Shown one piece after another: positions 21,479-31,800 of a stretch of 64,000 nucleotides of DNA. The notes beneath the pieces were generated by a model. It searched no databases. It saw only the letters and a list, made by a program, of their open reading frames with translations, and was not told the origin of the DNA. Source of the DNA: a virus; the IMG/VR virus record IMGVR_UViG_3300025645_000048, positions 1 through 64,000 of that record; one strand, given 5' to 3'. Within the stretch, counting starts at the first letter, position 1. Each line of letters begins with the position of its first letter. The position numbers and the translations under genes were made by a program.

Positions 21479-22252
21479 ATGGCAGCAGAGACATTAACAT
21501 TTAGCGATGACAAAAGAAGCCCAGGGTGGCCATCTTTTTACACATACTATCCAGAGTATATAAAAGGTATGAATGGATATTTATATACATTTTACCAAGG
21601 AAACTTATGGAGACATAATACTAACTCATTAAGAAACAACTATTATGGTGTGCAAGGTATTTCAACCGTTACTAGTGTGTTTAATCCAGAGCCTACATTA
21701 AGTATTAAGTTATTTAAGACCATGTCTTATGAAAGTTCTCACAGTTGGGCAGTTACTGATTTAAACACTGATTTAAGCAGTGGTTCAATGCTTGAGACAT
21801 ATTTTGAACAAAAAGAAGGTGAATGGTATTCATATATAAGAAGTAAATCAGGAACAGTGGACTGGAAGTTAAGATCAGGAAATGGTATTGCTACTTGTAC
21901 AGGAGTCACTGGTCCAGCTACTGCTACAGTAATAACATTTGCTAAATCAATTGGAAACATATTAAGTATAGGAGATATTATTTATAGTTTAGATGTAGCA
22001 GCAGGGCAGACTAATCCAGTTATAGCGGGAGCAGTTACTGCGGTAACTAGTAAAACTATTACTGTAAGTATTGACACAGCCACTGGTGGTGTTGTTCCTT
22101 CTACAGGCTTTTTTATATTGTATTATAAAAACAGTATTGCAGAGTCACATGGAGCTCGTGGATACTATATGGAGTTTACAATGACTAATGATGATACTAG
22201 TGCAGTAGAGCTATTTTCTGTAGGTAGTAATGTAATGAAAAGTTATCCTTAG
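21479..22252 (+). CDS. Probable C-terminal part of tail stabilisation protein encoded as a separate gene
   Basis: TLTFS...GWPSFYTYYPE, KLFKTMSYES, FEQKEGEWYSYI, RGYYMEFTM...VELFSV motifs recalled from nozzle C-termini. Confidence 0.6.
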   Translation: MAAETLTFSDDKRSPGWPSFYTYYPEYIKGMNGYLYTFYQGNLWRHNTNSLRNNYYGVQGISTVTSVFNPEPTLSIKLFKTMSYESSHSWAVTDLNTDLSSGSMLETYFEQKEGEWYSYIRSKSGTVDWKLRSGNGIATCTGVTGPATATVITFAKSIGNILSIGDIIYSLDVAAGQTNPVIAGAVTAVTSKTITVSIDTATGGVVPSTGFFILYYKNSIAESHGARGYYMEFTMTNDDTSAVELFSVGSNVMKSYP

Positions 22253-22272
22253 AATTTGTTATCTTTGTGTGA

Positions 22273-22800
22273 ATGGAATTACAAATAGCTCATGATGTAT
22301 TAAACTCTGTAGTAGCTAGAAGAGGTTTAATGTGGGAAAAAATTGAGAATTTTCATAAAAAAGCACAGGCTTTAGAAATTTCTTTAGATCATACCGCTGG
22401 AGAACCTTATAGTCAAGAGTTTTCAGAGTTATGTCCATTAAAACAACACATCGAAGGTGGTCTCTATACAAGAGAACTTTTTATGCCTAAAGATGGGATT
22501 ATAATAAGTATGATTCACAAACAACAACACCCTTCTTTTTTATTAAAGGGTAAGGTTTCGTACATCACAGATGCGGGAGAAATTAAAACAATAGTTGCTC
22601 CACACACTATTTTTACACAAATAGGGACACAAAGAGTGTTTTATGTACATGAAGACAGTAGTTTTTGTTGTGTTTATAAGGTAAAAGCTAAAACTTTTGA
22701 AGAAGCAGAAGCTGAGGTATATACTAATAATTATAGAGATTTACCTAAAAAAATAATAAATAAAATAAATAAAAAATTATGGCAGGTCCAGCAGCAATAA
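22273..22800 (+). CDS. Cupin-fold protein
   Basis: PLKQHIEGGLYTRELFMPK...IH...HPSFLLKGKV cupin-like pattern. Confidence 0.65.
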   Translation: MELQIAHDVLNSVVARRGLMWEKIENFHKKAQALEISLDHTAGEPYSQEFSELCPLKQHIEGGLYTRELFMPKDGIIISMIHKQQHPSFLLKGKVSYITDAGEIKTIVAPHTIFTQIGTQRVFYVHEDSSFCCVYKVKAKTFEEAEAEVYTNNYRDLPKKIINKINKKLWQVQQQ

Positions 22801-23702
22801 TATTAGGAAGTATAGCAGCCGCAACAGGTTTAGCAGGCATGGGTATTGGTTTAGGTCAAGCAGGTAAACAACGAAGAGCAGCGAGTCAAGCAAAAGCTGA
22901 CTCAGAAAGGTTAATGCAACAAGCAAGAAATAGAATGATGGCAGACAATTTTGAAAACATTAAGTTGCCTACAGAATCTTATGACAGAGCTTTTAGAGAA
23001 AATACTGCACAACAAAGACAAGCTATAGACTCACTACAAGGTGCTGATGCAAGAACTTTAGCAGCAGGTATAGGTAAAGTAAGTGCGGCAGGAACTGCGG
23101 CAAATGAAGAACAAAGACTTGTAATGGGTAAAGACTTATATGACTTAGAACTTAAAAAAGCACAAAACGCAGAACGAATAAAAGATGAGTTGGTAGGTAT
23201 GGATGTAGGACAAGCTAGAGACTTAACAACAATGTCGGCTGACTCAAGAGAAGCTGCAGCGGCATCAACAATGGGTGCTATACAATCTGGAGTAGCTGGT
23301 GTTTCTGCACTTGCAAGTTCATTGCCAGATTACATGAAATCTGGTGCTGATAGGAAAGCTGGAACTTTTGCTGAAAGTGATGTGTTTAAAAATATGGATA
23401 AAGGCGGTAATGTTGTAATTGATAAAAATACTGGCAAAGCAGTTCAAACTGATAATCCAGCATATTTGAATAGAGCTGATGATTATAATATGGATTTAAA
23501 ACCAGGAGATGCGGGATATATAGCTCCTACAATTGATTATTACCAACCATATACAGATAAACAGGCTGAACAATTAATTGGAGAAAACTACGAAAGTATA
23601 TTTGGTGACAATAAAACATTTAGAGAGTTAAAAAAGGATGACTTTAAAAATTTAACTCCAGCACAATTAGCAAAAATAAAAGAAATATTAGGTCAACGAT
23701 AA
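22779..23702 (+). CDS. Internal virion (ejection) protein
   Basis: Gly/Ala-rich hydrophobic N-terminus, coiled coil; position typical of podovirus ejection genes. Confidence 0.6.
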   Translation: MAGPAAIILGSIAAATGLAGMGIGLGQAGKQRRAASQAKADSERLMQQARNRMMADNFENIKLPTESYDRAFRENTAQQRQAIDSLQGADARTLAAGIGKVSAAGTAANEEQRLVMGKDLYDLELKKAQNAERIKDELVGMDVGQARDLTTMSADSREAAAASTMGAIQSGVAGVSALASSLPDYMKSGADRKAGTFAESDVFKNMDKGGNVVIDKNTGKAVQTDNPAYLNRADDYNMDLKPGDAGYIAPTIDYYQPYTDKQAEQLIGENYESIFGDNKTFRELKKDDFKNLTPAQLAKIKEILGQR

Positions 23703-23711
23703 TTATAAACT

Positions 23712-25835
23712 ATGGCAGTAGATCCAAAAAAATACTCTTTGTATGCTCAACGAGACCTAGAAAAACAGTATGTTAACTGGGGAAAAGTAGCACAAGACAT
23801 TACTACAGGAATAACAACAATAGCAGGTGAGAGACAGGCTAGGAAGGATGAGTTAGATAAATTGACTAATGAAGCCATAGAAAACTTAAGTGCTGTTCCT
23901 GATGTAGAAAGCCAAGATGCTGGCACAATGATTATTAATGCCAGTGACATGTCTAAAAAAAATCTACAAATTCAATCTGATTTGTTAAAAAGAGGGTTAA
24001 TCACTCCTAAAGATTTTAAACTTTTTATGGAGAAACAAAAAACAGGATACTCTTCATATAGTACTGCAATAAAACAATGGGACGGGTGGTATCAAAAATC
24101 CCTAGAAAGGATTGATAAAGAAGAGGCGAGTGCAGGTGAAATGTATAATAACACTTCTTTAGAGGCTTTTGGTAATTTACAAAACAAAGTACTCATGACT
24201 AATCCAGCTAATGGACAATTACAGTTAGTAGAGATGGGTAAAGCACCAGATGGTACTTATACTAAAATGCCAGATTTAAAAAAGAATCCGAGCAAAGTAG
24301 TTAGTCCACATGCTATCAACCTTCGTATGAATATGAAGTCAAACAAAAAAGTTTTGACAGATGAGGCTAAAAAGCTAGTTGATCCAATGGGTAGAATTAT
24401 AAAATCTTATACTGGTGAAGATGGTAAAATGTTTTCTAAAGAAGGTTTTAGGTATAGAGACAGCCAAGATGTAGAAAGAACATATAAGGATTGGCTAAAT
24501 TCTTCAGCCGATGCACTTACAGCAACTAATGATGATCAAATGCAAATATTAGCAGGTCAAGGATACCATATAGCACAGAGTGTAGATGAGTTTAAAGAAA
24601 AGCATGGAGATGACACTTCTAAAATGATTTTAGTTAGTTATGCCTCTGGCACACCAGTTTATAAACTTTTAGGAGAGGGTGAAGATGGTTATAAAGGGCT
24701 AGGTATAGAAGGTGAATCAAAAAAAGTTGCGAGATTCGCGTTAGATGACCAGATAGATGACATGGTTAAGGTAGATCAAGAAGATAAGAGACCACCATCT
24801 GAAGTAGATGAGGAAGATACTCTTATTGGATTTATGGATGATGTAAATGCATTAATATCTGATGACAAAGAAACATTTGATGCCACTGCTCAAGATAGAA
24901 TTATTTCTATGAACAATAGGGCTAGAGAAAAAGGGGGTAGAATGATTGACAATATTGATAGAAATGATAATCAAATTGTGGTTACTTACCAAGATGGATC
25001 AAAAGAATATGTTGAAAGAAAAGGAGACGATGGTACTCCACTGGATGCACAAACACAATCAAGAAAATTATGGAGACTAATTACTAATCTAGAAGACAGT
25101 TCGTATAGAAAAGCTATCAAATTATATGAAGATGAAGGTGGATTTAGATCTTCAGATAGAGAGGCAACAAGAGGAGAGAATAGACTATTCCTTACAACAC
25201 AAAAAGCTGAAGAAGTTTTAGCTAACAAGGGTATGAACCCAGGGGATGATGGTTATGAAGATGCATTAAAAATTGAGATTGTTAATCAAGATAAATCATT
25301 AAATCCTAAAGAACTTGCTGCAATAAAACGAAGAGTGCTTAAAGGTAAAAATATTACATCATACTCTTCATTACCATCTATAGGAATGGAAGACGGTAAG
25401 TTAAAGAACAATAGCAAGAGTGTTATTGGATTTGGGGATGATGGTAAGACTATGAAAACAGGAACTGAACTTATTGAACAAGATATAGGCGCTAGAATTA
25501 GTTGGTCAAGTGATGAAACTTTAACTAATGGTATGGACAAAGTCTTAAAACTATACTTACCAAAATCATTACGAGCTGGTGCCAGAGCAACATTTGTAGA
25601 CAACCCAGATGGTGATGATTTAATTATAGAATATTATGATGCAAAAGGTCAACTGCAAACAATAGGAAAAGAAGTTAATACTGGAAATTTCTTTGTGGGT
25701 GGTGCGCTAAAAGCAGCAGAAATAAATGATATTTTATATGATGCCTCTTTAGATATACTGAATCAAGAAAATGACAGAAGAAGAACAAGAAACAAAAGAG
25801 GAGTATCTAAAGAAGTAATAAAGTTCAATGGATAA
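23712..25835 (+). CDS. Internal virion (ejection) protein
   Basis: 707-aa helical protein between the small and the giant ejection-like genes. Confidence 0.55.
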   Translation: MAVDPKKYSLYAQRDLEKQYVNWGKVAQDITTGITTIAGERQARKDELDKLTNEAIENLSAVPDVESQDAGTMIINASDMSKKNLQIQSDLLKRGLITPKDFKLFMEKQKTGYSSYSTAIKQWDGWYQKSLERIDKEEASAGEMYNNTSLEAFGNLQNKVLMTNPANGQLQLVEMGKAPDGTYTKMPDLKKNPSKVVSPHAINLRMNMKSNKKVLTDEAKKLVDPMGRIIKSYTGEDGKMFSKEGFRYRDSQDVERTYKDWLNSSADALTATNDDQMQILAGQGYHIAQSVDEFKEKHGDDTSKMILVSYASGTPVYKLLGEGEDGYKGLGIEGESKKVARFALDDQIDDMVKVDQEDKRPPSEVDEEDTLIGFMDDVNALISDDKETFDATAQDRIISMNNRAREKGGRMIDNIDRNDNQIVVTYQDGSKEYVERKGDDGTPLDAQTQSRKLWRLITNLEDSSYRKAIKLYEDEGGFRSSDREATRGENRLFLTTQKAEEVLANKGMNPGDDGYEDALKIEIVNQDKSLNPKELAAIKRRVLKGKNITSYSSLPSIGMEDGKLKNNSKSVIGFGDDGKTMKTGTELIEQDIGARISWSSDETLTNGMDKVLKLYLPKSLRAGARATFVDNPDGDDLIIEYYDAKGQLQTIGKEVNTGNFFVGGALKAAEINDILYDASLDILNQENDRRRTRNKRGVSKEVIKFNG

Positions 25836-28800
25836 GTTTAAAGAACTATATCAATACCTCGTTGATAACGAGATGACTGACTTATCTGAAGAAGATTTTA
25901 AGGTTAAATATGCTCAAGGAACAGATAATAACTCTATACTATTTACCTACCTTCAAGACAATGAATTAACTGATTTAGACCAACAAACATTTAATTCTAA
26001 ATACTTTCCACAACAAACACAAGTAGATGTTGATGTTGTTACTGATGAAGTAACAGATGTAAAAGATGGTCAAGAGGTTGATTCATCTACAATGGTAGAA
26101 GAAACTGTTGCTTATGATCCTAGAGAACAAGGTATGGATGACACAATATCCTACAACAACAATGCTACTGTTTTTGAAAAATCACTAGCATATGTTACTC
26201 CAGATTTAATTGATAGGGAAGAAGAAGAGGTGGTTAACAGAATGAATTATCATTTTGGCGACTATGGTTTTACTTTTGAAGAAGGGGGAGGTATGATGTC
26301 TGGCATGGATGGAATGAGTGTTCGTGCAGAAAATGGTCAAACCATAAATGTAAACCTCGATCCAATATTTGGAGATTTATTCGGTGGTGAAACTCAAGAA
26401 TCTAACAAGTTACAGGATTTTTTAAAAAAGAATAAAAAAACTAACCCAGAGCTAGAGGCTTTTAATGCTGAGAATAATCGTAAAAGAAAAAAATACTTTA
26501 GCAAGAAGGCAGTTGATGAGGATTTAGATGATTTAAAAACTAAAGCTACTTCTATAAATAAACGAGCACAAGTTTATCAAACTGAAAAAACCAAGCATGA
26601 AGAGGCTATGGATGGTTTAATGATGGTGCCTTCACAAGAAAGAGGTGCTGAGTGGCAGTTAAAATACCAACAACAGTTAGCGGTTGGTAAAAGACTAAAC
26701 GAACTTAAACAAACAGTATCTAACGAACTCAAGTCATATAGAACTATAGAAAAACAAGTTCATTCTGCTGTAGGAAACTACATGGAAATGAAATTAAATG
26801 ATGGAAGTGGTCCTGGAACATTTTTAAAAGGTTTTTATAATAGTGTGGTGGGAAGAGGTATTTCTCAAATTTTTGCATATGGTGCTGATTTAGGAATAGA
26901 CGGATTATATGGTATAGGTCAAGCTATAAATGAGGATTTTTCTTTACGAAGTCTATCAGGTGTGACTGAAGAAGAGAAAAAAGAAAGGTATATAACTATT
27001 GCAAAAGATTTAGGTTATGATGTTCCTACTGATGTAATGGATAGTGATGAGTCTTATCAAAACTGGTTGAACAGCCTCAGTGAAGAAGATGAGATGGCAC
27101 TAGATGGTGATACTGATTTATTTACTTCACAATTAAATAAAGAAGGAAGAAAGGCATTAAAAGACTCTGGAAAAGAATTAAAAAACATTAATGGTAAGTT
27201 ACAATTATATAATCCTAAAGGTGGAATTTTAGGTAAAGGTGGGTATGAGGATGTTCCTGCAGACTATTTAGACAAAACCAAAAGAGACAAACTAGATAGA
27301 TTAGTTTTGGATGCAGAAGTTAAGTCGGCAAAAAAACCTACTAAAGAGTTTATTAAAAAGAACTGGAATCAATTATTGTCTTTTGATGATGTTTCTGATG
27401 AAAAAATTGCTGAAATGCGAGAAGACAGTATTATAGCCGAGGGTTTATTAGGCTTAGGTGAGTCATTACCGGCTATAGGGTTGTCATTAGCTTCAAGAGG
27501 TAAAATAAAAGCAACTGGACAATTTGCTAATGTAAGAAACATAGCTGGAAGAATACTAGGGTTAGACTCTAAAGGTGGGGTAGCCCAAGTGTTAGCTTTT
27601 TCAGCTTTACAAGCTGAGGCAATGCAAGAGGAAATGGATGCTGATGAAGATTTTAAATATGTTACAGAAGGAGAAAGAAAATTAATTTTAGGCCCTACAG
27701 CATTAACAGTAGCAGTATTAGAAAGATATGGTCTAAGAAATTTATTGCGTAATAAAACTATAATGACTGGTTTAATGAATCAAGTTACTAAGACTTTACC
27801 TCAAGGTGCATCTGCCGCACTATATAAATCTACATTAGAAAAAATAGTTAAAAGTAATATTGCCAAAGGAATATACACTAATAAAGGAGTAAAGTTTAGT
27901 ACTTCTGTAGCAAAAGCAGCCTTAGCTGAAGCAGAAACAGGAGGCTTACAACAGATAGCAGAAATGGGCTACAAGGATATATGGAATGATATGAACGAAA
28001 AAGACATGTTCGATCAACCAGAAATGTGGTCTAAAGAGTTTTGGCAAGAAGCTAAACATGCTGCAATGGCCGAAGCAGTAGGTGGGTTTGTTATGGGTAT
28101 ACCAGGGGGTATAGTAAATGCCTATAAGGTTGGTGAAACTGATAATATATCTGATGCAACATTAGAGTTGTTTGATGCAATAAGAGGTGATAATATTACC
28201 ATGAAAGCATACAAAGAACAATTAAATCTTCAAGTGGCTGATGGTACAAAAACACAAAAACAAGCTAATGAAGAGTTATTGCAATTTGAAACTTTATCTG
28301 GTGCGGCAAACACTATACCAGTTGATTTAGATATAACTGCTAGAAAAAAAGCATTAGGATTAATTTTTGAAAGACAAGGTCTTGAAGCAGAAATGGAAGG
28401 GATGGATAAAGACCTAGGTTCTTACAAGAAAAAAGAAGCTAGAGTTGAAGAAATTAAAAATGAATTATCACAAATTGGAAGTGAACAAGCTGATGATTCT
28501 GCATCGCTAGAAAAGGAAAGTGAAAATATCCCTACATTTGTTTCTGAAGAAAAAATTACTAGAGAGGAATTAAATGAGCCTGATACTTTTACTCACAGAA
28601 CAATGAGTAAAGATGCAATTACTAGTTGGGCTGATGGAGGTCAAGTGATTGGGAAAAAAGAAGATTTAGGAGATTTTGACTCTAGAGTACCCAATAACCC
28701 ATTAGAAGCGGCATCAAAAAAAGAAGGCTTCAATAGGCAGTCTCCTAATTTCCAAAAAGGTGGTGTTTATTCTGGAAAATTAAAACCTGGAGAGTTTGTT

Positions 28801-31800
28801 GTTGTTGCTAAAGGAGAAAATAAATTTATACCTAGTGCAAGTTTTCAAAACAGAAAAACTTTTGAAAAAAGTGGTGGAATTTCAACTTTAAAACCAGATT
28901 CAAGAGATTTATCTAATTTTAATTTATATAAAGTAAATGAAAAAGGAGAGTTAGTAAAACAAAATTGGAACAATTATAAAACAAGTAAAAATGCCATTCA
29001 AAAGTCAAAAACAACGAGCATGGATGTACGCCAATCTTCCGGAGATGGCAAAACGATGGGAAAAGGAAACAAAGGGACCACTACCCAACAGAGCACCCAA
29101 GAAAACCAAGATGCGTCTCAAACGAAATCGGAAGAGAAAGTAACTAAAGAAGAGCAAGAAGATATTGACGCCTTTTTTGGTCAAGAGGTTGGGTTAGAGG
29201 TTGAATCTATTTCTGACAACTTATCTATAAACCGTCAACAAAAAGATGGTAGTAAGGTTAAAGACACTAAATTAAGCACACAAATCATAAGAAGAGCCAA
29301 GTTAGCTGCAAAAGCTATAAAAAAAATTGCTCCAAATGTAAAAATGGTGCTACACCAAACAACAGAAGAGTTTGAAAAGTTTGCACCTAAAGGAAATGGA
29401 TATTATAATCCAAACACTAAAGTAATTCATATAAACTTAGCAACTGCAAAAAATAAAACTGTAGCTCATGAGGTATTTCATGCAGTGTTTTTAGAAAAAA
29501 TTGCCGGCGGTGACAAAGGTGCAATAGCAGCAGCCGACAGATTAATTAAATCTGTAAGAAAAAGTTTGCCTAATGATTCTATGTTAGCAAAACGAATGGA
29601 TGCATTTGCTAATAAATATAAAGACAGTGCGTTCCAAAATGAGGAAAGAGTAGCTGAGTTGTTTTCTTTAATGGCTACAGAGTACAAATCTTTAACTAAA
29701 CCTGCTAAAAACAGAGTAGTTGAGTTTATTAAAAGTGTAGCAAAAAAATTAGGTATAAAAATTTCTAATGATTTTACAAGTTCTGATGAAGCTGTTATTG
29801 ATTTTTTAAATACATTTTCTAAAAAAGTACAGTCTGGTGAAGAAGTAGTTGAGTCTGACTTAACTGCATTAGATGAAATAAATGAGCAACTAGCTCAAGA
29901 TGGTACTGCACCAATTGGTAATCCAACTGAAATAAATAAACCTCAAGAGGGGAGGCAGTCTAAAATAAAGTTTAATGATAGTTATCCTTTATCCTTAGTT
30001 ACTCCAGAAAATAAAATAGATATAAATAGTCTTATTGATAATATTTCTAACAAAAAACAAAAAGTTTGGTTTTGGGTTGCAGATCAGTTAGGGCTAGGTA
30101 ATGTAGATGGAATTGAAATGGATGCTGGACCAAGTTTTTCTTTACAACCAGAAAACTTAAAGAAAAAAACTATATGGGCAAGTGGTTTAGATAATTCAAA
30201 ATTAAGCAAAAACATAGATGCAGCCGATTATATTTTTATTATAAGTGGATCACCTGAAACTAGTAAATTGTTTAATAAAAAAGTATTTGATAGATATATT
30301 AAAGATTTAGGTGATTATGCAAAATTTAAAAAAGATGCATTAGCAACTAATCCAACAAAAGCAATAAGAGATAGTCTTGAAGAATTTGATAGTTGGTCGG
30401 CAATGAGAAAAAGTCCAAAAAGAAAAAACTTCTTAATAGCTCTAAACGAACAAAGCAGAAAGCCTAACACTAAATTTCATGCATTAATTAATAATTTAGG
30501 AGGATTTGTAAGTGCTCAATCTTTAAGAGATGGGTTTTACAGAGATAATAATTTTGCTCAAAATGATATAATGATGGTGTTAAAGCCAACAGGATTAGGA
30601 GGTAAATCAAATCATTCTACTTATTCTACAGACATCTTAGGGGATGTTGTGGGAGTTCCAGATGCAAAAATAAATGCTAGAGAAATAGTTCCAGAAAATA
30701 TAAAAAAGAAAATAGAGGGAACAAATATTTCAGTGCAAACTTCTAGTATAGCTCCTTATGGCGGTTCTACTCAAACAGCAGTAAAAACCATCACTAAACC
30801 TCAAGAGGGGAGGCAACAAAGAGATACACTCGCTGAGATAAATGTGTTTTATAATATGAATAACAGTGGCTTTTTTAGTCCACAAGTCGATACATATAGA
30901 TTACAAAAAGAATTAGATGCTTTAAACCAAGGTTATAAACTAAGACAGGCACCATACAATCAGTATGGTCAAGGTGGTGGATACTCTATATATGACTCTA
31001 GAGGTAAAAGAGTAAGACCACCTAAAGACAGTGAGTATAGACAGGGTAGGCAACAGAAGATGGATAAAGAAAACGACCTTCTAAAAATTATTGTTATAGG
31101 TAGGGAACAAGGTGGATTTAAAGATGGTGCTATTAAAGATTATTTAAAAAGAAGAAAAAAAGAAGTAAATGGCAAGTTAGTTCCTGCATATTCTGCAGCA
31201 GAAATAAACAATGCTATGGAGGTGGTTGAAGGATACAATGAAGATAAATATTTATTTAAATCATTTCCTAAAAGTTTTAACAACATAGAGGGAGGTTTTT
31301 TAGCTGGTCTAAAATTGTTAAAAAAGGTAAATGCATACTACAAAAGACTTGTAACAAATAACGAAAAAAAGAAATCTGTAGCTGTTAAAGGCACACCATT
31401 AACTGAAGAACAGATAAGAGAAAAAGTAATAGAGTATTTTGTTAATTTAAAAGAATATCAAAATGAAGGTGCTCAAGGTAATAGGTTGACTGCACAACAA
31501 ATGGCTATGGAAAAAGATTTGTTAGAATTACTTTTACCCGATCCATTAAAAGCTAACCCACAAAGAATTAGAGCTATAAACAAAAGAATTAGAGAAATAA
31601 AGTTTGATGAAAAGAATTTAAAAAAGGTACAAATAGCATTAAGAAATTATATAAGATCGGTTCTTCCAAGAGATTTATATACTCCAGGTGAAATTGATAA
31701 CTTAATTAATAAAGTAAATAGAATTAATAAAGAAAATTTTGACTCTGTTAAAAATGAGGTGTTTAAAATTGTCACTACTAAAACAAATAAATCTTTACAG

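Noticed and set aside
27090-27120. DGDTD in the giant protein as a virion RNA polymerase DxDxD motif
   Set aside because: Lacks the ADFDGD/DFDID context and sits in an acidic low-complexity stretch.
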